DNA of 64,000 nucleotides from an uncultured Chloroflexia bacterium (GTDB lineage Bacteria > Chloroflexota > Limnocylindria > Limnocylindrales > CSP1-4): positions 192,001-256,000 of the forward strand of contig CAVVCZ010000006.1 of assembly GCA_963746845.1 (NCBI GenBank). Reading direction: 5' to 3'. The notes under the pieces are model-generated. The model saw only the letters and a list, made by a program, of their open reading frames with translations, was not told the DNA's origin and made no database searches. Each line of letters starts with the position of its first letter. Positions within the stretch are counted from its first letter, which is position 1. This document shows positions 39,287 through 48,931 of the stretch, piece after piece. The position numbers and the translations under genes are program-made.

Positions 39287-40071
39287 CCGAGCACGACCGC
39301 GACGAGGAGCACGGCGGCGAACGTGATCTCGATGATCGCGCCGTAGCCGTCGCCGTCGAGCTGGCCACGAAGCAGCACGACGAGACCGCCGACGACGATC
39401 CCGACGCCGGCGCCGGCAACGGCCGCGAGGGCGACGCCCGGACCCGCGAACTCCATGAGCACGATCGAGACGAGCGCCGCCGTGACCACCGCGAACGCGG
39501 CCGCCGCGACGGAGACGTGATCCGCGAACCACGACCCGAGCCCGTCGATCGGCCGCAACCGGCGCCCGACCGTCACCGCCCAGACCGGGGCCACCGCCCG
39601 CGAGACCGTCGCGGCGGCGATGAGGGTGGCCGCGGCCCGGAGCCCGTCGTTCGCGGCCAGCTCGGCGAGGGCGGCGGCGTCCAGGCCGAGGACGGCGACG
39701 ATCACCACGACCCCGGCGGTGCCCGTCCGCGGATCGGTCCGTGCCCGTTCGGCGCCGCCGGCCGGCGCGGCCAGCGCGTCGAACGTGTCGGCGAGACCGT
39801 CGAGATGGAGCGCGCCGTCCAGGATCGCCAGGATGGCGACGGCGGCGATCGCCGCCACCACGGGATGGGCGAGCCCGGCGACTGCCAGCGGCAGGGCCGC
39901 CACGAGCCCGAGGCCCGCCCCGACGAGCCCGAACGCGGCCGCCCCGGTCCGTGACCGGCCGCCGGACCGCGCGGCGACCGGCACCCGCGTCAGGAACGCG
40001 ATCGCCGCAGCGACCTCCGCGAGCGGGTGGCCTCGCTCCGCGCCGTGCTCGCCGGCCGCGATCTCAGCCAT
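39283..40071 (-). CDS. cobS: adenosylcobinamide-GDP ribazoletransferase
   Basis: AFLTRVP, GALHLDGLADTFD, DPRTGTAG, GQLDGDGYGA. Confidence 0.92.
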   Translation of the reverse strand: MAEIAAGEHGAERGHPLAEVAAAIAFLTRVPVAARSGGRSRTGAAAFGLVGAGLGLVAALPLAVAGLAHPVVAAIAAVAILAILDGALHLDGLADTFDALAAPAGGAERARTDPRTGTAGVVVIVAVLGLDAAALAELAANDGLRAAATLIAAATVSRAVAPVWAVTVGRRLRPIDGLGSWFADHVSVAAAAFAVVTAALVSIVLMEFAGPGVALAAVAGAGVGIVVGGLVVLLRGQLDGDGYGAIIEITFAAVLLVAVVLG

Positions 40072-40846
40072 GGGCGACCGCCACAGGCCGGCTCCAGGGC
40101 CCGTCCGGCAGGAGCGCCGGATCCACGCCGAAGACGTCGCGGATCCGGTCGTGGCCAAGGGCCTCGGCGGGCGGGCTGTCGGCGACGATGCCCCCGTCCG
40201 CCACGACGACGATCCGGGGGATCCGCTGCGCCGCGAGATGGAGGTCGTGGAGCACGGTCACGATCGTCCGGCCGTCGCGCCGGTTCAGGTCGGCGAGCAG
40301 GTCCATCACGTCGAACTGGTGGCGGATGTCGAGGTGGACCGTCGGCTCGTCGAGCATGACGATCGGTGCCGCCTGGGCGATGGCGACCGCGAGCAGCACG
40401 AGCTGACGCTCACCCAGCGACAGCTCCCGGACGTCGCGGCCGACCAGCCGGCCCAGGCCGACCCGATCGATGGCCGCCGCGATCGCGGCACGATCCGCGG
40501 GACGCAGGCCACGGAACCGGTCCTCGTGCGGCAGGCGGCCCAGCGCCACGACGGACTCGACGGTCGCGGCGAACGGCAGGCTGGACGGCTGGGGGACGAC
40601 GGCGATCCGGCGGGCGATCGCGTCGCGGTCCAGCGTCGCGAGCGACCGATCGTCGACGGAGATGGTCCCCGTCGTCGGCGCGAGGAGCCCGGTCATCAGC
40701 CGCAGCAGGGTCGACTTGCCGGCCCCGTTCGGGCCGACGATCGCCACCCACTCGCCCGACCGGATCTCGAGGTCCACGTCGCGGAGGACCGTGCGCGGGC
40801 CGTACGCGGCGGACACGCCCCGGAGGGCGAGGATCGGATCGCTCAC
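40064..40846 (-). CDS. cobalamin/iron-chelate ABC transporter ATP-binding protein (BtuD-like)
   Basis: GPNGAGKST, LSLGERQ, MLDEPTVHLD, VLHDL. Confidence 0.9.
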   Translation of the reverse strand: MSDPILALRGVSAAYGPRTVLRDVDLEIRSGEWVAIVGPNGAGKSTLLRLMTGLLAPTTGTISVDDRSLATLDRDAIARRIAVVPQPSSLPFAATVESVVALGRLPHEDRFRGLRPADRAAIAAAIDRVGLGRLVGRDVRELSLGERQLVLLAVAIAQAAPIVMLDEPTVHLDIRHQFDVMDLLADLNRRDGRTIVTVLHDLHLAAQRIPRIVVVADGGIVADSPPAEALGHDRIRDVFGVDPALLPDGPWSRPVAVAHG

Positions 40847-41922
40847 AGCTCGTACCCGCGCTGGGCGCGGCGCAGCAGGATGAGGAAGAACGGCGCCCCG
40901 ATCACCGCCGTGATCACCCCGACCGGGATGCCGCCGAGGAGTCGCGCCGCGAGGTCGGCGACGACCATCAAGAGCGCGCCACCGATCGCCGACAGCGGCA
41001 GCACGAGCCGCGCGTTCGGGCCGACCAGCATTCGGACCACGTGCGGCACGACCAGCCCGACGAACCCGATCAGGCCGCTCACTGCAACCGCCGCAGCCGT
41101 CACGAGCGACGCGAGGGCGAGCAGGATCGCCCGTTCGCGCCGGACGTCCACCCCGAGATGGGCGGCCGTCTCCTCGCCGAGCAACAGTCCGTTGAGCGTG
41201 CGGGCCCGGACGAGGATCAGCAGCGATCCGATCGCGATCAACGGGACGGCTCCCGCCAGCTCGCCCCAGGACGCGTTCTCGAAGCTCCCCAGCAGGTAGG
41301 CGAAGATCTGGCGCAGCGCCGCCCCGGACAGGTACATCGCCATCGCAAGGGCGGCCGCGAGGAGCGAGCCGAGCGCATAGCCGGTGAGCAACAGGCTCGT
41401 CATCGGCGAGCCGCCGGCGGTCCGTGACAGGCGATAGACCGCGGTGATCGCCAGCAGCGCTCCGACGAAGGCGAACAGCTGGAGGAGGCTGAACGCGAGG
41501 AACTCGATCCGGATCGGGATCAGCACCGCGATCGCCGCGCCGAGCGCGGCCCCGGACGCGGTGCCGAGCACGTACGGATCGGCGAGCGGGTTCCGGAGCA
41601 GTCCCTGGAAGGTCGTCCCGGCGACGGCCAGCCCGAGCCCCACGATCATCGCCTCGAGGACCCGGGGCAGCCGCAGCTCCCAGACGATCGTCTCCTCGGT
41701 TGCCGTCCACGTCCGGGGCAGGTCCAGGGGCAGGAGCCGGTGGAGGACGATCCCGATCGTGTCGCCCGGGGCGACCGCCACGGTTCCGAACGCCACCCCT
41801 GCCACCAGGGCGACCCCGAGCGCGGCCAGCCCGATCACCGCCAGCACGATCGGCCGGCGGTGACGGGTCAGCGCGAGCTCGACCGCCGTCGGGTCGGCGA
41901 GGGCGTCCTGGCGGGTGGCCAT
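40843..41922 (-). CDS. cobalamin ABC transporter permease (BtuC/FecCD family)
   Basis: LRLPRV, QGLLRNPLADPY, GLIGFVGLVVPH, GAPFF. Confidence 0.92.
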   Translation of the reverse strand: MATRQDALADPTAVELALTRHRRPIVLAVIGLAALGVALVAGVAFGTVAVAPGDTIGIVLHRLLPLDLPRTWTATEETIVWELRLPRVLEAMIVGLGLAVAGTTFQGLLRNPLADPYVLGTASGAALGAAIAVLIPIRIEFLAFSLLQLFAFVGALLAITAVYRLSRTAGGSPMTSLLLTGYALGSLLAAALAMAMYLSGAALRQIFAYLLGSFENASWGELAGAVPLIAIGSLLILVRARTLNGLLLGEETAAHLGVDVRRERAILLALASLVTAAAVAVSGLIGFVGLVVPHVVRMLVGPNARLVLPLSAIGGALLMVVADLAARLLGGIPVGVITAVIGAPFFLILLRRAQRGYEL

Positions 41923-41924
41923 GA

Positions 41925-43010
41925 TCAGCCGCCCGATGCCGCCGGGGACACGGCCGCGGGCGACGCCTGGCCCGGGAACAGGTCCGGGTGGATCGTCCGT
42001 GCGAGAAGCTCGAGCCCGTCCGCGAGGCGCGGGCCGGGCCGGGTCACGACGATGTCCTCGATGCCGACGACGTTCCGGTTCTTCACGGCGGTGATCGCCG
42101 TCCAGCCCGGTCGCGCGGCGACGGCCTCCGGGGTCACGCCGTACGCCGAGTCGCCGAGGATGATCAGTTCGGGATCCGCCGCGAGGATCTTCTCGGTCGG
42201 CATCTCCCAGTTCGTCGCGCTGCCGGTCGTGATCGGCGTGCCGCCCGCGAGCGAGATCATCTGCTGGTACACGGACTTGTCGGCGATGCCGTAGATCGCC
42301 GGCTGGTCACCGGTCTCGTAGAAGACCTTCGGCTTCGGCGCGCCGGCGGTCGCGGTCGCGACCCCCTCGAAGCCCGCCTTCATCTTCGCGACGAGCGCAT
42401 CGGCCTCGTCCGCGGCGCCGACCGCGTCCCCGGTCAGCTCGATGTCCTGGTAGACACCGTCGACGTCCGGGGCGTACATGACCAGGACCGGGATCTTCAG
42501 CGAGCGCAGCTTGGCGATCGCGTCGGGCGGGCTGCCGCCCTGACCGCCGGCGATCACGAGGTCCGTCCCGAGCGAGAGGATCTTCTCGGTGTCGACCTCC
42601 AGGCCGGTCGAGCCGAACTTGCTCACGACCGGCACGTCCTTCGCCTCGGGCGGGTAGTCGGCGATGTCCTCGACCTTGCCGACGACCTTGTCGCCGGCAC
42701 CGAGCGCGTACAGCACCTCGGTCTCGGCGGGCGTGAGCGACACGATCTTGTCGGGCTCGGCGGCGAGCTGGACCGTTGTTCCCTCGTCGTCGGTCAGGGA
42801 GACGGGGAACGCGGGGCTCGGCGACGGGGCGACCGACGGCGGGGCGCTGGCGGTGGCGGGCGGGACGAGCGCGCCGGTCGCGCTCGCCGCTGGCGTCGAA
42901 GGCGTGGGCGTGGCGCTCGCGCCGCACGCGGCGAGGATGAGGGTCAGGGTGGCGACGAGCGCGGCGAGGCCGCGCGGACGGGCGGACGGAAGAGCGGACA
43001 GGGCGGACAC
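41925..43010 (-). CDS. cobalamin ABC transporter substrate-binding lipoprotein (BtuF-like)
   Basis: Lipobox LAAC; KIVSLTPAETEVLYALG, TRPGPRL; downstream of a B12 riboswitch. Confidence 0.88.
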   Translation of the reverse strand: MSALSALPSARPRGLAALVATLTLILAACGASATPTPSTPAASATGALVPPATASAPPSVAPSPSPAFPVSLTDDEGTTVQLAAEPDKIVSLTPAETEVLYALGAGDKVVGKVEDIADYPPEAKDVPVVSKFGSTGLEVDTEKILSLGTDLVIAGGQGGSPPDAIAKLRSLKIPVLVMYAPDVDGVYQDIELTGDAVGAADEADALVAKMKAGFEGVATATAGAPKPKVFYETGDQPAIYGIADKSVYQQMISLAGGTPITTGSATNWEMPTEKILAADPELIILGDSAYGVTPEAVAARPGWTAITAVKNRNVVGIEDIVVTRPGPRLADGLELLARTIHPDLFPGQASPAAVSPAASGG

Positions 43011-43057
43011 AGCGGGCTCCGGGGCAGGAGGGAGGCGCGAGGGCCGTGGGCACACGA

Positions 43058-43087
43058 AACCCCTCGCTTCGGTTCGAAGGAGGGGTT
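43058..43087 (-). terminator. hairpin of the riboswitch expression platform (attenuator candidate)
   Basis: aacccctc...gaggggtt stem followed by a short U-rich tract on the minus strand. Confidence 0.55.
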
Positions 43088-43139
43088 GTCAGCCGGTCGG
43101 ACGCATCGTTGCCTGCCCTTTCTCTCGAAGGTAGAGCAT

Positions 43140-43240
43140 CGACCGCGGGACCGGCGACCGGACTTCCACCGCCGTTGGGCGGTGGTCACCGTAGCGGGAC
43201 TGTGCCGGACTCTCACCGGCTTCGCGACCCCGCGGCATCG
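43140..43240 (-). ncRNA. cobalamin riboswitch (compact form)
   Basis: GAAGCCGGTGAGAGTCCGGCACAGTCCCGCTACGGTGA core and AAGTCCGGTCGCC B12-box-like element, closed by a ccgcggg/cccgcgg stem, upstream of the btu/cob operon. Confidence 0.88.
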
Positions 43241-43385
43241 AGGTAGCCGGCGGATCGTACCACTCCGCTCCGGCGAACCGTCGCGAACCGCCAGGTGAGC
43301 GCCGGATAAGAGTCCCCTGCGAGACTGCCGCCCTCGCCGCTCCGCCTCCCCCGCCGGCCGACCCGCCGGAGGAGGTTTCGTCCAG

Positions 43386-44540
43386 GTGGCAGGTCGGCGA
43401 ACGACAGGGTCGGTGGAGACGAGCCATGTCGCGAAGATCAGGATCACGAGCTTCGGGGGGATCGCCCTCGCGGGGGCCGTGGCCGTCGCCGTCGGCGGCG
43501 GGCTCGTCCTGCACCAGACGCTCGTGCCGCAGCACGCTCGTGGGGCAGGCGTCGTGGCCCGGGACCGGGGCGCGACGCGCGACGTCGAGCCGCGGCCGGG
43601 CGCCCGGGTCGCCCTCCGCGTCCCGGATGTTCCGTGGCTTGCCGAGCGCGGTGACGGCGTGTGGCTGCACGGCCGGGGCGCCGCGCCGACTCGCGACGTC
43701 CTGCCGGCCGGCGAGACCGGTTTGGGGATCGACGAGCGGTATGTCGCGACCACGGTACCGGCGGCGGGCGGCCGATCTACCGTCCGGCTCCGTGACCCGG
43801 GATCGGGCCGGCTGGTCCGTGCGGTGGACCTGCCGATCTGGGTCTCGGCTGGGGCATGGACCCGCGGCGGGCTGGTCGTCACCGGCTATCGGGACTCGTC
43901 CATGGCGTGGGACGGCGGGCTGGTCCTCGTGACCGTCCCGGACTTCGCCGTCCGGACGCTCGTCGCACCGCGGCCATACCCGGAGCGGCTCGGGGCGCCG
44001 GTGGCCCGCGGCGAGGTGGTGGCGAGTCCGTCCGGATCGATCGTCGCGTCGAACCTGTGCGGCGTCCGGCTGTGCGACACCCAGGTCGTCGACCTCGCCA
44101 CGGGCGAGATCTTCCGGCCCATCCAGTCCGCCGAGGGCTTCCTCCGGGTCGTGACGGACGACCTGATCGTCACGACCGACGACGACTACGGCTGGATCTC
44201 CGGCCGACGGTTCCGCGACGGGTCGGAGGCGTGGCACCAGACGGACAGCATGCTGCTCGACCCGCTCGCGGCCGCCGATGGCGCGGTCGTGGGCGTCGTG
44301 GGCTCGCGCGTCGCCGGTTGGGGCGTCGCCGCGTTCGACGGCCAGGGCCGCGTCCGGAACCTGACGTCCCGGACCGGAGCCGACCGTCCGTGGCCTCGCA
44401 TCTGGCGCCAGCTATCCACCCCGACGACCGCGGTCGTGGGACGGGAGGGCTTCGAGGACGCCGTCCGCACGACGCTCGGGAGCCCGGAGGCAGTCCTGCC
44501 CGTGGTCGCGCTGCCGGCGGCGCCGGAGGTGACCCCGTGA
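43386..44540 (+). CDS. membrane-anchored or secreted beta-rich hypothetical protein
   Basis: N-terminal hydrophobic helix; beta-propeller-like strands (VVDLATGE, CGVRLC). Confidence 0.7.
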   Translation: MAGRRTTGSVETSHVAKIRITSFGGIALAGAVAVAVGGGLVLHQTLVPQHARGAGVVARDRGATRDVEPRPGARVALRVPDVPWLAERGDGVWLHGRGAAPTRDVLPAGETGLGIDERYVATTVPAAGGRSTVRLRDPGSGRLVRAVDLPIWVSAGAWTRGGLVVTGYRDSSMAWDGGLVLVTVPDFAVRTLVAPRPYPERLGAPVARGEVVASPSGSIVASNLCGVRLCDTQVVDLATGEIFRPIQSAEGFLRVVTDDLIVTTDDDYGWISGRRFRDGSEAWHQTDSMLLDPLAAADGAVVGVVGSRVAGWGVAAFDGQGRVRNLTSRTGADRPWPRIWRQLSTPTTAVVGREGFEDAVRTTLGSPEAVLPVVALPAAPEVTP

Positions 44541-45667
44541 CCCGGCGGCGCGCGATCGCGGTCGCCCTCTCCGCGGTCGCGCTTGCGTCCTCGGCATCGC
44601 CAGCCCTTGCCGGCGAGCCGGACCCGGGCCACGCCGACCTGTTCCCGCACGATCCCGGGGATCCGCGGATCACCCTCGACTGGCACTTCGCCAGCACCTC
44701 GTACCCGGCCTGGTTCCGGTCGAACGTCGAGACCGAGCTGGAGGTCTACTGGGACGACCCGGTCGCGAACAACTCGAACGTCCCTCGCTACGACAATGGC
44801 GGCGACAACAGCGGCGGCGGAACGGTGACGTACACGGCGGCTGCGGCGTCGCCCTGCACGGGATCGACCGTCTGGATCGCGTGCAACCCGGCGGGCGGGC
44901 TCCGCGCCTTCGGCATCTACGTCCGGTCGCTGCCGTCGCCGAGCGCCCCGACGTGGCTGTGGTACCACCGCGACGGCACCTGCTCGGACCTGTACGACGG
45001 CAGCCCGAACGCCGACGACGGCTATCCGACCTCGGTGTGCTTCTCGGTCCTCCGGGTCGTCGCCCACGAGAGCACGCACAACACGCTCGTCCGTCCGCAC
45101 TACGACGCCGGCGCGGACGACGAGACGATCATGATGTCGACGACGCCGACGCCGAACGGCTCGCCGGCCAACTGGAACCGCCGGAACTTCCTGCCGTGCG
45201 ATGCGGCTGCGGCCCAGCTCGAGTACGGCCCGGCCGATGCCTCGGGGAAGTACGCCGACTGCTTCGCTGCGAAGCCCGGCGACGGGGTGAAGGGCCTGAA
45301 CTCCGCCCTGACCGTCACGTCGGCGGCGTCGGCCAGCCGATGCGTCGGGACGAGCGGAACGGCGACCGGACGCCTGGCGCTGGCCAGCTCCGCGAGCTAC
45401 GAGGACATGCGGAACTGGCCGCTGGCCGGACGGGTCGTCCGGATCGATCGTCGGCCGACCGGGTCATCGACCTGGACGACCGGGGTGACCTCGGTTGCCG
45501 CGTCCGGGGCCGGTGGCAACAACTGGAAGGCGACGATCGGCTCGTCGGTCGCGGGATCGTTCGACTACCGGGCGACGTGGTTCACGAGCGCCGCCGAGCC
45601 GGCCGTCAACACGTCCAACGCGGTGACATGGACGATCCGCTGGACCACCATCGGCTGCCCGTCATGA
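44537..45667 (+). CDS. secreted metzincin-like zinc metallopeptidase with C-terminal beta domain
   Basis: Signal peptide (ASPALA-G); VVAHESTHNTLVRPH and downstream ETIMM Met-turn; several Cys pairs. Confidence 0.65.
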   Translation: MTRRRAIAVALSAVALASSASPALAGEPDPGHADLFPHDPGDPRITLDWHFASTSYPAWFRSNVETELEVYWDDPVANNSNVPRYDNGGDNSGGGTVTYTAAAASPCTGSTVWIACNPAGGLRAFGIYVRSLPSPSAPTWLWYHRDGTCSDLYDGSPNADDGYPTSVCFSVLRVVAHESTHNTLVRPHYDAGADDETIMMSTTPTPNGSPANWNRRNFLPCDAAAAQLEYGPADASGKYADCFAAKPGDGVKGLNSALTVTSAASASRCVGTSGTATGRLALASSASYEDMRNWPLAGRVVRIDRRPTGSSTWTTGVTSVAASGAGGNNWKATIGSSVAGSFDYRATWFTSAAEPAVNTSNAVTWTIRWTTIGCPS

Positions 45668-46572
45668 CGATGACCCGTCGGTTGCGCGGGGAACGAGGCT
45701 GGCTCATCGCCGGACTCGTCCCCGTCCTCGTCCTGGCGGGATGCGCGACGGCCGGCCCGTCGCCATCCGCCAGGTCCAGCTCCAGCCCGCCGACCGTCGC
45801 GCCGTCCCTCGAGTCCGCGCCATCCACGAGACCGTCCGGGACCAGCCCCGTGGCAGCCACGCCGATCCCGGAGGCGGCGGGGATCCCGGTCCCGCTCGAC
45901 GAGGTGACGCTCGTCTGCGAGAGCTGGGGCTCCGAGCCGCCCGCGACGGCGATCCCCTGCCGGGACGCGGCATCCCTGGCTCTCGGGGCGCTCGGACCGT
46001 CGGCGGCGGCCCGCGTCGATCGCCTGGACGTCGGGTTCGGCGCGGGCTGCCAGCTAAAGCCGACCTGCCCGGACCGGCGGGCCGACGTCGGCTGGGTCCT
46101 CGCCCGGTCCGGCGACCGGGGCTGGCAGCTCTTCGATGTCGAACGGAACGCCTCCGGCGAGCTGGAGGTCTGGCCCCCCGTCTCGAGCCCGCCGCGGCCC
46201 GCACCGGCCTTCGAGCCGCCGCCTCGCGCCGCCCCGGACCTCGGCACCGACGCGCCGGGCGCGCTCCGGGATCGCGAGGCCCTGCCCTTCTGCGGCGAGG
46301 AGGATCTCGGGCCGACGGGCGCGTACGACGTCGCGGCGCGCCGCTGCTTCGTCGACGGCGTCCTCGCCGGTTCACCGGTCGAGCTGATCAGCCGAGCGCC
46401 GTCGACCGAGGGTGACCCGGTGCTGACGCTCTACCGGTTCGGCGGCGGTGGATCGGTCGTCCGGTCCGTCCACGCCGGCGGCCGGTGGGTGACCTCGGTC
46501 TGTGCGGTCTCGCCCATCGCGACGGACGCGGCCTTCGTCATCGCGGGCGGCTGCGACGCCGCCAAGCCGTGA
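45664..46572 (+). CDS. putative lipoprotein
   Basis: Lipobox VLAGC, Ser/Pro-rich linker, Cys-paired domains. Confidence 0.75.
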   Translation: MTMTRRLRGERGWLIAGLVPVLVLAGCATAGPSPSARSSSSPPTVAPSLESAPSTRPSGTSPVAATPIPEAAGIPVPLDEVTLVCESWGSEPPATAIPCRDAASLALGALGPSAAARVDRLDVGFGAGCQLKPTCPDRRADVGWVLARSGDRGWQLFDVERNASGELEVWPPVSSPPRPAPAFEPPPRAAPDLGTDAPGALRDREALPFCGEEDLGPTGAYDVAARRCFVDGVLAGSPVELISRAPSTEGDPVLTLYRFGGGGSVVRSVHAGGRWVTSVCAVSPIATDAAFVIAGGCDAAKP

Positions 46573-46648
46573 CCCGGACACGGCGAGGGCGCCGGTCCGT
46601 CGATCGACGCCCCGCGGTTGCGGCTGCCGGCGATGCCGCCGGCGCGGG

Positions 46649-46924
46649 TCAGGCCGGGACGGGCGGCTGCGCCGAGAAGATCGATTCCTGGGCTTCCTCG
46701 GGCAGCATCACGCCCATGATCTTCTGGAGCGTGAGGACGTGGACGCACGTCCGCCAACTGTCGAAGTAGTGGCAGGTGCAGTGCCACTGACCGGCGTCGA
46801 GACTGACGTGGTGCGTGTCATTGTCGCCGCGGAACGTGAGCGCCAGACGATCGATCGTGATCCGGTCCAGCTCACGGGCGTAGCGATTCGCCTTCTCGAC
46901 CTTGCCGATCAGGGAACTGTGCAT
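46649..46924 (-). CDS. small SWIM-type zinc finger protein
   Basis: WHCTCHYF...TCVH (CxC-xn-CxH); strong RBS ggaggt. Confidence 0.8.
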   Translation of the reverse strand: MHSSLIGKVEKANRYARELDRITIDRLALTFRGDNDTHHVSLDAGQWHCTCHYFDSWRTCVHVLTLQKIMGVMLPEEAQESIFSAQPPVPA

Positions 46925-47081
46925 CGACGCATACCTCCGCCGCCCCTCGAGGGGCGCTCACGAGGCCGCCAGTCCGGTCGCGCACCCGACCGGTGAAGCG
47001 GTCGTGCCGCCACCATACACCCCGCCGCCCGGCTGGTCACCCCCCATTCGATGAGGGCCGACCCGGACCTTCCACCCCGCT

Positions 47082-47456
47082 CTATGGCGCGGACGTTCCC
47101 TCGCGTCCGAAGTCGTCCTCGACGCGGACGACGTCATCCAGCTCCGGGGTCGAGACCTCGATCAGCTCCACGCGATCGACCGCCTCGAACCGGTGGCGGC
47201 GGCCGACCGGAACCCGGGCGAAGTCGCCCGGCCCGAGCTCGCGGACGGTCATCGTCCCGGCGTCGTCCTCGAGATGGAGCCGGAGCCGGCCGGCGATCAC
47301 GTAGATCGACTCGTCCTTGCGATCGTGGTACTGGAGCGACAGCCGGCGGCCCGCCTCGATGACGATGACCTTGCCGCAGTAGCGGTCCGTGAGGACCCAG
47401 ATCAGCTCGTGGCCCCACGGCTTGTCGACGCGGCGGGGCGCGGCGGCGTCCGTCAT
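47082..47456 (-). CDS. cupin domain protein (mannose-6-phosphate isomerase type II C-terminal-like)
   Basis: VDKPWGHE, LSLQYH, KDES, RRHRF, EVSTPELDDVVRVEDDFGR. Confidence 0.85.
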   Translation of the reverse strand: MTDAAAPRRVDKPWGHELIWVLTDRYCGKVIVIEAGRRLSLQYHDRKDESIYVIAGRLRLHLEDDAGTMTVRELGPGDFARVPVGRRHRFEAVDRVELIEVSTPELDDVVRVEDDFGREGTSAP

Positions 47457-48931
47457 CCCCGGACCAGCCGCTCGCCGGCGACGAGCATCGCCTCGCGGAG
47501 GTCCGGCGTCGTCGCCTCCGTGTAGACCCGGACGAGCGGCTCCGTGCCGCTGGCCCGGATGAGCAGCCACGTCCCGTCGGCCAGGAAGAATTTGAACCCG
47601 TCGTTCGTCGACAGCGGCACGGTGTGGTCGATCGGGTGGCCGCCGAGCTCGCTCGGAGCCTGCTCGCGGAGGTCCACCAGCAGCCGTCGCTTCGTCTCGT
47701 CGTACATCGATCGCTCGACGTGGACGTCGATCCGCCGGTAGAACGACGGCCCGGCGATCTCGTGGAAGTGGGCGAGGGCCCTCGACACCGGCCAGCGGCC
47801 GGCCGCCTTCTCGGCCAGGAACAGCTCCAGCAGCATCAGGTCCGCGTAGATCCCGTCGCGCTCGGGCAGGTGCATCCCGAACCCGAACCCGCCGGACTCC
47901 TCGGCGCCGAGCATCGCGCCGGTCCGGATCATCTCCGGCCCGATGAACTTGAACCCGACCGGGGTCTCGTGGACGGCGATCCCGAAGTGCTCCCCGAGCC
48001 GCTCGGCCATCGAGGTGTTGTTGACGCTGACGACGACCGGCTCGCGGAGCTTCCGATGCTCGGCGAGGTGGTACATCAGGAGCCCGGTCACCTCGAGCTG
48101 ATGGATGAAGACGCCGGTCTCGTCGGCAGCGCCAGCGCGATCCGCGTCGCCATCGAGCAGCAGCCCGAGGTCGAACCCGCCCCCGGCCAGCATCCCGAGG
48201 GCCTCGTCGACGTTCGGGCGGATCGGCTCCGGGTTGATCCCCCCGAAGAACGGGTTCCGCTCGCTGTGGATCTCGGTCACCCGGATCCGACCGCCCGCCA
48301 GCAGCCGTGGGATCCAGCCGGCACCCGCGCCGTACAGCGGCTCGACGAGGATCGCGATGTCGGCCGCCTTGAGCGCGTCGAGGTCGATCGTCCGCCGGAC
48401 GAACTGCTCGTAGCCGGTGAACGGGTCGAACCGCTCGACGAGCCCGGCGGCCTCGGCGTCGTCGATGGGCCGGCGTTCGATCGCGGCCCCGCCGTTGTCC
48501 GCGATGGCCGCCTCGAGCACGCCCAGGATGTCGCCCCCGGCCGCGGCCCCGGTCGGTGCCTTGACCTTGAAGCCGTTGTCGGTCCACGGGTTGTGCGACG
48601 CGGTGATCACGATGCCGGCCGCCGCGCTGCGCTGGACGACCTCGTAGGAGCTCATCTGGGTCGGGACGGCGCCGGTCGCGAGATAGACCGGGATGTCGCG
48701 GGCGAGGAGGACCTCGGCTGCGGCGGCCGCAAAGTGCTCGGAGGCGAACCGCCGGTCGAACGCGATCACGACGCCCTTCGCCTGCTCCCCGCGCCCGACG
48801 ACGTAGCGCGCCACGCCGTCGGCGCAGCGGCGGACGTTCTCGAACGTGAAGTCGTCGGCGACGCGCGCCCGCCAGCCGTCCGTCCCGAAGACGATGGTCG
48901 TCGGGGTCGGTGCCTGGGCGATGATCGTCAC
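47453..48931 (-). CDS. phosphoglucomutase/phosphomannomutase
   Basis: FGTDGWR, ITASHNP, DGDADR, GAEESGG, RASGTEP. Confidence 0.93.
   Translation of the reverse strand: MTIIAQAPTPTTIVFGTDGWRARVADDFTFENVRRCADGVARYVVGRGEQAKGVVIAFDRRFASEHFAAAAAEVLLARDIPVYLATGAVPTQMSSYEVVQRSAAAGIVITASHNPWTDNGFKVKAPTGAAAGGDILGVLEAAIADNGGAAIERRPIDDAEAAGLVERFDPFTGYEQFVRRTIDLDALKAADIAILVEPLYGAGAGWIPRLLAGGRIRVTEIHSERNPFFGGINPEPIRPNVDEALGMLAGGGFDLGLLLDGDADRAGAADETGVFIHQLEVTGLLMYHLAEHRKLREPVVVSVNNTSMAERLGEHFGIAVHETPVGFKFIGPEMIRTGAMLGAEESGGFGFGMHLPERDGIYADLMLLELFLAEKAAGRWPVSRALAHFHEIAGPSFYRRIDVHVERSMYDETKRRLLVDLREQAPSELGGHPIDHTVPLSTNDGFKFFLADGTWLLIRASGTEPLVRVYTEATTPDLREAMLVAGERLVRG

Noticed and set aside
43426-43460. Possible frameshift in the G6 run giving an ATG 43426 start
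   Set aside because: The in-frame GTG at 43386 has its own GGAGG RBS, so no frameshift needs to be invoked.
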